Of a stretch of DNA of 64,000 nt, positions 9,704 to 17,475 are shown one piece after another. Numbering within the stretch: the first letter of the stretch is position 1; the number at the start of each line of letters is the position of its first letter. A program made the position numbers and the translations under genes. The stretch comes from an uncultured Gammaproteobacteria bacterium (GTDB lineage Bacteria; Patescibacteriota; Patescibacteriia; 2-01-FULL-39-33), in contig CAYGKC010000003.1 of NCBI GenBank assembly GCA_964350585.1, positions 4,678 through 68,677 of the forward strand. Direction: 5' to 3'. Below the pieces are notes generated by a model that was not told the DNA's origin, did no database searches, and worked only from the letters and a program-made list of their open reading frames with translations.

Positions 9704-9777
9704 TGTGCCCGAGAGGATTTGAACCTCTGATCTCCGGCTCCGCAAGCCGACGCTTTATCCAGCTAAGCTACGAGCAC
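9704..9777 (-). tRNA. tRNA-Arg (anticodon read as GCG)
   Basis: Minus-strand sequence GTGCTCG…CGGGCACA folds as a cloverleaf. Acceptor stem is 7 bp with one G·U; D-stem GCTT/AAGC; anticodon stem TCGGC/GCCGG with loop TTGCGGA; T-arm AGAGG-TTCAAAT-CCTCT. Folded by hand, so the anticodon needs tRNAscan confirmation. Confidence 0.6.
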
Positions 9778-9807
9778 ATAATTAGCTCCCTACACCTTAT
9801 CAAAAAA

Positions 9808-10314
9808 CTACAATTTTAGCCAGCGCCTTAACCGCTCAGATAATGGTTCAGCCTCTCTTTGTAAATCTTCTTTGAGAAATTTAAGCAAATACCTTCTAAT
9901 ATTTACTGCATCTTGTCCATCCAAAGGAACAATTAATCTTCCTTTTAACGGATTTTTAAATTGCAGATACAAATTTTTAATTCCAAATTCTTCATAAACC
10001 ACAAAGAAATGATCAAAATCCCTAAAATAATAAAAACGACTTCCAATTTTAATTCCGTCTGTTGTTATTATGAATTTAACATCTTGAGGTTCTAGGTTAT
10101 TATAAAGCAACACTACAAGATAAAATAAAATTAAAAATAAAGCAAAAGGGATATTTTTATCAATTACACACCAAACTATTGCCACTCCCAAAATAATAAG
10201 TGAAGTAACATACCATGAAGTATTTTTATCATACCGAAACATTTCTTTATAATCCCAACTAAAAATCACTTCCCTAATTTGACTCGGAATTTTATCTTTT
10301 TCATCACCTTCCAT
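9808..10314 (-). CDS. hypothetical membrane protein (two TM helices, C-terminal basic tail)
   Basis: ORF of 168 aa with hydrophobic segments SLIILGVAIVWCVI and FALFLILFYLVVLLY. No recognisable motif. Confidence 0.35.
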   Translation of the reverse strand: MEGDEKDKIPSQIREVIFSWDYKEMFRYDKNTSWYVTSLIILGVAIVWCVIDKNIPFALFLILFYLVVLLYNNLEPQDVKFIITTDGIKIGSRFYYFRDFDHFFVVYEEFGIKNLYLQFKNPLKGRLIVPLDGQDAVNIRRYLLKFLKEDLQREAEPLSERLRRWLKL

Positions 10315-10346
10315 TTTAATTTTATTAATTTAATAAAATTTATTTT

Positions 10347-10434
10347 CGGAGAGGGCGAGATTCGAACTCGCGGTTCCCTTTTGAGGAACTCCGGTTTTCA
10401 AGACCGGTCCATTCAACCACTCTGGCACCTCTCC
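10347..10434 (-). tRNA. tRNA-Ser (anticodon UGA), class II with long variable arm
   Basis: Minus strand GGAGAGGTGCCAGAGTGGTTGAATGG…ACCGGTCTTGAAAACCGG…GAGTTCGAATCTCGCCCTCTCCG. Anticodon loop CTTGAAA gives TGA. Long variable arm and GGTTCGAATCC T-arm. Confidence 0.8.
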
Positions 10435-10449
10435 ATTTTATTCATTTTT

Positions 10450-10540
10450 CGGAGAGAGAGGGATTCGAACCCTCGGTACGCCAAAAAAGACGTACAACGG
10501 TTTAGCAAACCGTCGCTTTCAGCCACTCAGCCATCTCTCC
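10450..10540 (-). tRNA. tRNA-Ser (anticodon GCU), class II
   Basis: Minus strand GGAGAGATGGCTGAGTGGCTGAAAGCG ACGGTTTGCTAAACCGT… GGGTTCGAATCCCTCTCTCTCCG. Anticodon loop TTGCTAA gives GCT. Long variable arm. Confidence 0.8.
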
Positions 10541-10584
10541 ATACTGTAATAACCACTATACTTTAACATAATTAAATGTTTTTT

Positions 10585-11319
10585 TCAACCCCCTCCCCTG
10601 GCTATCACAAATCCGCCGATATTATTAAATCCAGAAGATTTCAATACTTTTGCGCACTCCTGCATTGTTGATCCTGTTGTGTAAACATCGTCTACTAATA
10701 AAATGTTCCTATTTCTATTTATAAAGCTTAAAACCTCATCATTAATAACAAAATTATCTTTTAAATTAATTCTTCTTTCTTGCGCTTTTAATTTTGCCTG
10801 AGGTCGGCTATAAATTATTCTTCTTAGCAATTTATCTTCTTTTACTCCTCCTATTAAGTTCACTATTCTATCCGCTATCAGATCTGCTTGATTAAATCCT
10901 CTCTCAAGTTTCCTTCTTCTATGTAATGGAACGGGAACAATTATTGAATTATCATATTTATAATTCAGATTATTGAAATATTTTACAATCATTGCATCAA
11001 AAATTTGGACGTTTTCAACAATAAAATCATATTTAATTGAAGAAATTATTTCCTTAACCAAATTGCCATAATCAGACAAGATCAAAAGGTAATTTAAATT
11101 GGATTCTCCACAACAATTTCCGCAAACCAATCCACCGAAATTACTTTTTCTGCAAATAGGACATTCGAATCCGCTTTTGATTAATATTTTTTTATTGCAA
11201 TTTTCACACAAATATTTACCTAACAAACCGCAACCAAAACATTTTTTGGGAAAGATTAAATCAATAATTTTTTCCTTTGTTTTTGTAAAGTTAAAATTAC
11301 TGTAACCACTGTGCATCAT
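10585..11319 (-). CDS. comFC: competence protein ComFC-like (zinc-finger + phosphoribosyltransferase domain)
   Basis: N-terminal Cys clusters (CFGCG…CENCN…CPICR…CGNCC). C-terminal PRTase PRPP-binding motif ILLVDDVYTTGSTM. Last gene of the long minus-strand operon; its start overlaps the upstream gene by 23 nt. Confidence 0.7.
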   Translation of the reverse strand: MMHSGYSNFNFTKTKEKIIDLIFPKKCFGCGLLGKYLCENCNKKILIKSGFECPICRKSNFGGLVCGNCCGESNLNYLLILSDYGNLVKEIISSIKYDFIVENVQIFDAMIVKYFNNLNYKYDNSIIVPVPLHRRRKLERGFNQADLIADRIVNLIGGVKEDKLLRRIIYSRPQAKLKAQERRINLKDNFVINDEVLSFINRNRNILLVDDVYTTGSTMQECAKVLKSSGFNNIGGFVIARGGG

Positions 11320-11875
11320 CTATTTTCCACTCAGCTCCAATTTTAATGAATTTTAGCTTAATTTTCCAATAGGAAACATTGGCATCTTTTCCTGAACCCA
11401 AATAAGTAAGCCTTTGAGTTCCAACCGTAACAGATGCCTGAGTATCGGAAGTCTCATCCAATGAAAAACTTAATGCCTTTGTCGTAAATCCTTGAAACAT
11501 TTGCGCCTCAGTATTTACATTTTCAAATGTACCTTCCTTTTTTCCCTCTATTTCCTTTGCCATTTTTTCTGTTACCATTGGCATTATATCGTCCAAATTC
11601 TTAAAATCAGCATCAGAAGAATAACTGCCATATCTTTCAGTAAAAGACATTGCTAATTGTTTTAACCCCAAAGGGTATGAACTTTCTTCCTTAACTCTTT
11701 CTGGACTTGATACCGGGAGATTTAATTCACTTTGGAATTCTATTCCCGTTTCAGTACCTTTATCCACCGGTCCCACCTGCTTCTTTGGCCAAAACAAAAT
11801 AACTAAAATTAAAATTATAAGAATTACTATTGCCAGAATGAGGGAAATAATAAATATTTTTTTCTTATTTTCCAT
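11297..11875 (-). CDS. membrane-anchored protein, possible VirB8-like (NTF2-like) T4SS component
   Basis: Single N-terminal TM (IFIISLILAIVILIILILVILFW), then a ~160-aa extracytoplasmic domain ending …GAEWKIDDAQWLQ, which is compatible with an NTF2-like fold. Sits immediately downstream of the VirB4 ATPase. Assignment is inferred from topology and position only. Confidence 0.3.
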   Translation of the reverse strand: MENKKKIFIISLILAIVILIILILVILFWPKKQVGPVDKGTETGIEFQSELNLPVSSPERVKEESSYPLGLKQLAMSFTERYGSYSSDADFKNLDDIMPMVTEKMAKEIEGKKEGTFENVNTEAQMFQGFTTKALSFSLDETSDTQASVTVGTQRLTYLGSGKDANVSYWKIKLKFIKIGAEWKIDDAQWLQ

Positions 11876-11883
11876 ATTATTTT

Positions 11884-13815
11884 TTATGAATTTGCAATAT
11901 CAGTGTTTCCTGCTGCCAAAGCATCCTCGAATTCTTTTTTAGCAGCTTCCAATTCCAATAATTGCCTTGGATCCGATGTAATTAATTGATCTTCTGAATA
12001 TGAAGCAATTATTTTTATAGCAGCATGTTTAGCTCCGGCAAAAAATATACCTTCCCCGACTCCGCTTTCAAGAAGCAAATATTTTTCACCTTCAGTCAAC
12101 ATAAAAGTTTTCTGAATCAAATTAACAGCTGCGGGAGTTTGCTTCATTAACAACTGCATTGAAGAGTTGTTAATAATTGCTTGCCCGTATGGTGATGTTA
12201 AAAAATCATTTACATCCTGAGTTATTGTAGTAATTCCAAGGTAGTATTTTCTGCACCTTTTAACCATAGCATAAATAAATTTAGCGCTATCCTCTCTTTG
12301 CATCAGCCACCAAGCCTCATCTACTATCAAAATTCTTTTTTTCATCTGACTTCTTACCACATTCCAAATATAGTTTACGATAGTATAAATTGAAATAGGC
12401 TTAAGTTCATCTTCCAAATCTCTGACACTAAAAACAACAAGCTGATTGCTCATTTCTACGTTTGTAGGATTATTCAAAAGACCTGAAAAAGTTCCCTCAG
12501 TGTATTTTTTTAATCTTAAAGCTATATTCTCTGCGCCTTCCATTCCTTCTAAAATATCCTGCAAATCCTGGAGAATCGGCGGTTCAATATTTGTCAAATT
12601 CGCTGTAGCTGTTATATCTTTTTTAGCATATGTTTCAAGAAGAGCTCTGTCAATTATTGAATCTTCCTCATATGTAACATCGCCAATCATTAGTCTTATA
12701 AGTCCTTTTACAGTAATAACGGCGCTTCTGATAATATCTTCCGGATGAGCATCTTCTCCCACTGCGCGAGGCAAATCGAATGGATTTATTTTGCTTTCGG
12801 AATTTAAGGAAATATCAATGTAAGTCCCTCCAACGGCATCGCATAAATGCTTGTATTCCCTTTCCGGGTCAATAATTATCACTTCAACTCCAAGCATTAA
12901 ACTTCTTAAAACTTCAAGCTTAACTGCATAAGATTTTCCAGCTCCGGAAGTAGCAAATACAACTGCATTTGCATTTTGAAGTGAAAACCTATCAAAAAGT
13001 ATTAGGCTATTATTATGCCTGTTAATTCCATATAAAATTCCATTATCTGAAGTTAGATCAGAAGACACAAAAGGAAAAGAGCTGGCTGCAGGTGATGTGT
13101 TCATATTCACCAACGTAGCAAGTTCATCAAAAGCTAGAGGCATAGTTGAATTAAAGCCTTGCTCAGCTTGATAAAAGACTCTTCTGGAATAAACCAAATG
13201 CGACCCGAAAAAATTTTCCACTTCTTCGGAAATTTGATTTAATTCCTCAAGTGACTTTGCATAAAGTGTTACATAAAGGCCTGTCTGAAAAAAGTGTTCA
13301 ATCCCCTGTGTCAAGTCATCTCTTAATTTTTCCATATCACGTAACTGCGTCTCAGCCAAAGGATCTCTTGGCGCGCCTTTTTCCGCAGAACTGATAAGTC
13401 CAGATTCTACATTTCCTACTTTCTTTTTTAACTGTTTTAAAATAACGGCAGTTTTAACCGGATAAAAATAAAACGACATATCCGCAACAATATCCATATT
13501 AATAATAGGAGCGAACCATCCCACACTGATGTACCTTGGGTACTGCACCACAAAAATAGTTCTTACATATAACTCTCCCAACCTAATATGGTTAGCTGTA
13601 ACCTCCAAAGCTGCAGGAGCAATTAGATCCCTGATACTTACAACACCTTGTCTGTATATCCTTTCTTCTTCCAAAACTTCTTTGGCAGTGTCTATATGGT
13701 CCTTTTCAATTTGCTTCACTTGTGCCGGAGCATACTTAACTTGCGCACCCAATTCAGGGGGCGTTTCTGTCTGCTTTTTTAAGTCATTTGGAGTAAACAT
13801 ATTAGAATCCTTCAA
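11884..13815 (-). CDS. virB4: VirB4/TrbE/CagE-family type IV secretion ATPase (Gram-positive size class)
   Basis: Walker A VFATSGAGKSYAVK, Walker B RILIVDEAWWL, and conserved C-terminal QDVNDF/TQ region. Track start is a TTG at 13813-15. The first ATG (MFTPNDL…) is at 13798-13800, 1 nt from the stop of the upstream ORF. Confidence 0.85.
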   Translation of the reverse strand: MKDSNMFTPNDLKKQTETPPELGAQVKYAPAQVKQIEKDHIDTAKEVLEEERIYRQGVVSIRDLIAPAALEVTANHIRLGELYVRTIFVVQYPRYISVGWFAPIINMDIVADMSFYFYPVKTAVILKQLKKKVGNVESGLISSAEKGAPRDPLAETQLRDMEKLRDDLTQGIEHFFQTGLYVTLYAKSLEELNQISEEVENFFGSHLVYSRRVFYQAEQGFNSTMPLAFDELATLVNMNTSPAASSFPFVSSDLTSDNGILYGINRHNNSLILFDRFSLQNANAVVFATSGAGKSYAVKLEVLRSLMLGVEVIIIDPEREYKHLCDAVGGTYIDISLNSESKINPFDLPRAVGEDAHPEDIIRSAVITVKGLIRLMIGDVTYEEDSIIDRALLETYAKKDITATANLTNIEPPILQDLQDILEGMEGAENIALRLKKYTEGTFSGLLNNPTNVEMSNQLVVFSVRDLEDELKPISIYTIVNYIWNVVRSQMKKRILIVDEAWWLMQREDSAKFIYAMVKRCRKYYLGITTITQDVNDFLTSPYGQAIINNSSMQLLMKQTPAAVNLIQKTFMLTEGEKYLLLESGVGEGIFFAGAKHAAIKIIASYSEDQLITSDPRQLLELEAAKKEFEDALAAGNTDIANS

Positions 13816-14479
13816 AATTTAATTTATTTAAGTCAGCTAATTTCTCATTCCTTGAGGTAACGGGATTATAAGTTGTATAAAACAATTCAATAAGCGACTG
13901 CGTATCTAAAACGGTAGCTCTTAGTCCCATTCCTGAAAGTCCCATTAATATTTTATCCAACAATGTAAACAGTCCTTTCTTTCTTTCTAAAAATTGTTTC
14001 TGATTTAATTTGATTAGGCTTGTAGGGGATGCGACATCTCCCAACCTTTTCCAAAAACTCATTGATCTGCTAGTTGCAGGATCATACGGCACAACGATAA
14101 AAAACTTTTTTGTCATTATGTTTCCCATCTCCACCAATTCAGAAATATACTGCTTATACTCAGCAATTTGGAGCTTTAACAGGTCGTTTGTTTGCTTTTT
14201 CTCCTTCTCCGCAATATTTTTTAAATAGCCGTCTAGGTCTAATTTTCTGGATTGGATAAGTATCTGAAGCGGGCTGTCTAATAAGTTTAAAAATTGGACA
14301 TAACCTGCTATAATTGCGTTTTGCTCATCTTCAGATTTTAAAGAAAAATTAATACTAGAGACAAGTAAAACCGCTCTCATAGTGCCGTCTTTTAAAACAA
14401 CAGTATCATTCCTTATTTCAGCGATATGTAACCTGCTTTGCGTTGACGGTGTAGTCTGATTAGCTTTTGGATCTGCCAT
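13802..14479 (-). CDS. T4SS-associated protein resembling the N-terminal domain of VirB4/TrbE
   Basis: IRNDTVVLKDGTMRAVLLVSSINFSLKSEDEQNAIIAGYVQFLNLL…LQILIQSRK matches the hallmark pattern at VirB4/TraC N-termini (v-l-kDG…f…g.d.e..s.ee…a…L……l.i…R). Separate ORF ending 1-14 nt from the ATPase ORF start. Confidence 0.45.
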   Translation of the reverse strand: MADPKANQTTPSTQSRLHIAEIRNDTVVLKDGTMRAVLLVSSINFSLKSEDEQNAIIAGYVQFLNLLDSPLQILIQSRKLDLDGYLKNIAEKEKKQTNDLLKLQIAEYKQYISELVEMGNIMTKKFFIVVPYDPATSRSMSFWKRLGDVASPTSLIKLNQKQFLERKKGLFTLLDKILMGLSGMGLRATVLDTQSLIELFYTTYNPVTSRNEKLADLNKLNFEGF

Positions 14480-14483
14480 ATTT

Positions 14484-14915
14484 TTATTCTTCTCCCATAT
14501 AAACGCCCCCCGTATCCACTATTAGAGACAATTCTGATAGTTTGGAGGCTGATACTGACTTTTTAGATTTTATTCTTAAGGGCACATACTGATCTGTCGG
14601 ATTTTTTAGTGCAGCTTTTATTTCATTAATAGATAATTTTTTGCGCCACACCTTTAGCTTTGGGTTTTTTAGCGTAGCAATAAGGTTTAAAAGAAAAAGA
14701 TGGAAAACTTGTCCATTAATTTTAGCAAAAGCAAAAAGGCAAGTTATGCCAAAAACCAAAAGACCCGACAAAACAAAAAGCGAGAAATCAAAAATTTTAT
14801 AAAAAATAAATATTATGCCTAGACCAATAAGCAATTCTATGAACTGCCTGATGGTTATCGGGCCCATAATCTTATCTTCAACGTCCAAAAATTGAGGAAC
14901 TGTTACTTGTTGCAT
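14484..14915 (-). CDS. small inner-membrane protein, VirB3-like
   Basis: ORF of 143 aa with two adjacent TM helices (LLIGLGIIFIFYKIF; VLSGLLVFGITCLFAFA). Encoded just upstream of the VirB4 N-terminal-like and ATPase ORFs, which is the canonical VirB3-VirB4 arrangement. Confidence 0.4.
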   Translation of the reverse strand: MQQVTVPQFLDVEDKIMGPITIRQFIELLIGLGIIFIFYKIFDFSLFVLSGLLVFGITCLFAFAKINGQVFHLFLLNLIATLKNPKLKVWRKKLSINEIKAALKNPTDQYVPLRIKSKKSVSASKLSELSLIVDTGGVYMGEE

Positions 14916-14917
14916 TT

Positions 14918-16525
14918 TTAATGCCTTAATTGATTATTTAATTTCATAACCGCATCGAATTCTTCAATACTTAACGTAGGTTTACCGCTCACCAGTCTCT
15001 CCTTGATTACTTCATTTATATTTCTATTTTCTTCCATAGCCATTAATCCCAAAAGCCTGTAAAACCTGTTAATTTCATTTTTAAACCAAGCATTTACACC
15101 TTCCATTTTCCTTTCATAAGACTCATCTTCCAAAAGCTGTACTTTTTTGGTTATTTCTGAAGTAGCTTTATCAGGAGTTTCGGCCAATCTTCTAAATTCA
15201 ATAAGAGTCATTTGGCTTAATTCTTCGATTGGGCCGGTAAGTTTTTTGGCTATCCTTACGCCATCAAGCAAGGGCCTTCTAGTATTCTGAGCTTCTATTA
15301 TCCTTGGAGGAATTTTTTGCGTTGTCGGATAATGTACCGGAGAAGCTTGAGGCAAAATTTCTTCCTTCACTTCTTTTTTTTCTGTCTTTTCTATTTTGGG
15401 ATCATTATCAGTTTTTAGCTCAGCTTCTTTTATAATTTTATCAATTTCCTCTTGCGGTTTATTTATTTTTTCAAAATTTTCTTTCGGTTTAACTGCAACT
15501 TCTTCTTTTATACTATCCATTTTAATTACCGGCAGCCCGTCTTCTTCCTCTATTTTCATTGGCGGAGCATAAAAAACCTTCTTACTCAAAGCCTTTTGGC
15601 TGGACTTGGGAGCCTCAACAACAGCAGTTTCTTTAGGTTGTTCAACAACAGTAAAAGAAGTTGGCTCACCTTTTTTTTCATCTTGAATCTTTTGCGCCAA
15701 TGTTATTTTCTGCGGTTCTTTAACAACCTGTTGCGGTTTATTATTAGAAGGAGAAAGAATGGCCTTAGGCAGAACAGTTTTAGTAACAAGAGGAGTTACT
15801 TTAATTTCAGTTTTAACAAAGTTGCCTTTCTCATTCTGTTTATTCTTAACTATCCCTATCAAAGAATTGGCAGAATTTGAATCCAACTCCATTCCTCCGA
15901 TTTTTCTGCTTTTGGTAAGCGCATCCAATGTCTCTATCTCATCGCGAACATCCCTTAAATTCAAAATTATTATATTTTTAAGGCGCTTTGCCAACACATC
16001 ATCACCTTGATAAGCAAACTCTTTAATTATTATATCAGATAAAGCGTCATAATTATAATCTTCACTCGGTTTTACTGAATTATTTTTAATTTTTGCAATT
16101 TCTTGCTCGTCTTCAGCATCAAAAGACAAATTTCTTGCAATATTTTTTTGCGGATCAGAAATAAAATTAGTCAGATTTTGAGTTTCGGCTTCTATAACCA
16201 CATTTTGATCATCAGCCTTTTCTGATTTACTTAAAGATAATTCCGGCATCTGGCCTAATAAAAAATCAAATTTATCAACTATTTCCTTAACCGCTAGCCC
16301 GCCAAAACCCAACTTATTTTGTAAAAATAAAGGAAGGTCTTTTTTTGCTATAAATCCAAAAGCATATTCCAGAAAAACGCTTGCCGCTTTAATCCTGTAT
16401 TTTTTATCCAAATCGTTAAAAACAGATATAAAATCAGGCGAAGACATTTTTTGCTTCGCTGACATTGGCAACTGAGATAACTTATCTAATATTGAATCCA
16501 TTAAATATGGTTTTAAAATCTTCAA
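14918..16525 (-). CDS. hypothetical protein, K/E-rich, no TM; T4SS-locus member
   Basis: ORF of 535 aa with a central Lys/Glu/Pro-rich low-complexity region. Tightly packed in the operon, with 2-nt spacing to the next gene. Confidence 0.3.
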   Translation of the reverse strand: MKILKPYLMDSILDKLSQLPMSAKQKMSSPDFISVFNDLDKKYRIKAASVFLEYAFGFIAKKDLPLFLQNKLGFGGLAVKEIVDKFDFLLGQMPELSLSKSEKADDQNVVIEAETQNLTNFISDPQKNIARNLSFDAEDEQEIAKIKNNSVKPSEDYNYDALSDIIIKEFAYQGDDVLAKRLKNIIILNLRDVRDEIETLDALTKSRKIGGMELDSNSANSLIGIVKNKQNEKGNFVKTEIKVTPLVTKTVLPKAILSPSNNKPQQVVKEPQKITLAQKIQDEKKGEPTSFTVVEQPKETAVVEAPKSSQKALSKKVFYAPPMKIEEEDGLPVIKMDSIKEEVAVKPKENFEKINKPQEEIDKIIKEAELKTDNDPKIEKTEKKEVKEEILPQASPVHYPTTQKIPPRIIEAQNTRRPLLDGVRIAKKLTGPIEELSQMTLIEFRRLAETPDKATSEITKKVQLLEDESYERKMEGVNAWFKNEINRFYRLLGLMAMEENRNINEVIKERLVSGKPTLSIEEFDAVMKLNNQLRH

Positions 16526-16539
16526 AAATATTTACCAAG

Positions 16540-17466
16540 TTAAGACGCTAATAATTTATCCCATTCCTGATCACTCATTCCATATTCCTGCTTTGCTATC
16601 ATTTTCTCAATCTCAGTCATATCTTTTATTTGCTCTTTGGATAAATGATTTTTCTTGGTGTTTACAGTTTCCTTAGGAGCTACATAATTATTCTTTCTTT
16701 TTATCTCGCCTCTTGGGATAATTTCCCACTTGTCTTCCGCCAAGTCTATCAACTGATCAGGGTAGTTTTTCAAATTAGTGTAAATATTTAGAATATCAAA
16801 CAATTTTATCTTCTCTGCCTCTGAAATATTTCTACAGTTATTACCGTTTGCAATATAATCACTTAATTCAATAGTGGACAATACTCCTGTGCCTTTTTTT
16901 TCAATAAAATCTTTAAGCCAATTGGCAATCGTTGGAGCTGATTGCTTGTTTTCTAAAATTATATTTTTTTGCGTCAATTGTTCTTCATTTTGAAAAAGAA
17001 GCCTTATTAATTCGCTTTTAAAATTAATATCTTTCCTAAGGATATTAAAAATCCTTAAGTTAACAGCGTTTCTTATAATAAAATTTTCAGCCAATTCTTC
17101 CAGAACACCGCCCGCAAAAATCCTTCTAAGCATATCCTTTTCATCATTTACCGCCATATTTTTATTAGGATCAGCATTTAGGAAACTAATTCTTTTTTCA
17201 AGTGGCTTTACAACTTCTGCAAAAAATTCTTTTTCACAAGGTATAGCTTTTTCTTTATCCAAACCCTTTTCCTGAATAAGATAAGACAAAAAATCTTCAT
17301 AAGATAACCCGCCAACGACTAACAACAATAATGGAGCGTTCAAATCTACGCCGTATTTTTGGGATAATTTTGATATAGCGGAAATATTTCTTTCACTGTT
17401 AACAATAAACACCACTTCCGGATGCATTTGTCCAAATTTCCTTAATGCTTCTTCTAAAGTAATCAT
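16540..17466 (-). CDS. hypothetical cytoplasmic protein; T4SS-locus member
   Basis: ORF of 308 aa with no TM and no recognised motif. Operonic. Confidence 0.3.
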   Translation of the reverse strand: MITLEEALRKFGQMHPEVVFIVNSERNISAISKLSQKYGVDLNAPLLLLVVGGLSYEDFLSYLIQEKGLDKEKAIPCEKEFFAEVVKPLEKRISFLNADPNKNMAVNDEKDMLRRIFAGGVLEELAENFIIRNAVNLRIFNILRKDINFKSELIRLLFQNEEQLTQKNIILENKQSAPTIANWLKDFIEKKGTGVLSTIELSDYIANGNNCRNISEAEKIKLFDILNIYTNLKNYPDQLIDLAEDKWEIIPRGEIKRKNNYVAPKETVNTKKNHLSKEQIKDMTEIEKMIAKQEYGMSDQEWDKLLAS

Positions 17467-17475
17467 AATTAATCT

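Noticed and set aside
10279-10566. 95-aa plus-strand ORF
   Set aside because: It lies entirely over the two minus-strand tRNA-Ser genes and their spacer. It is an artefact of tRNA sequence, not a coding gene.
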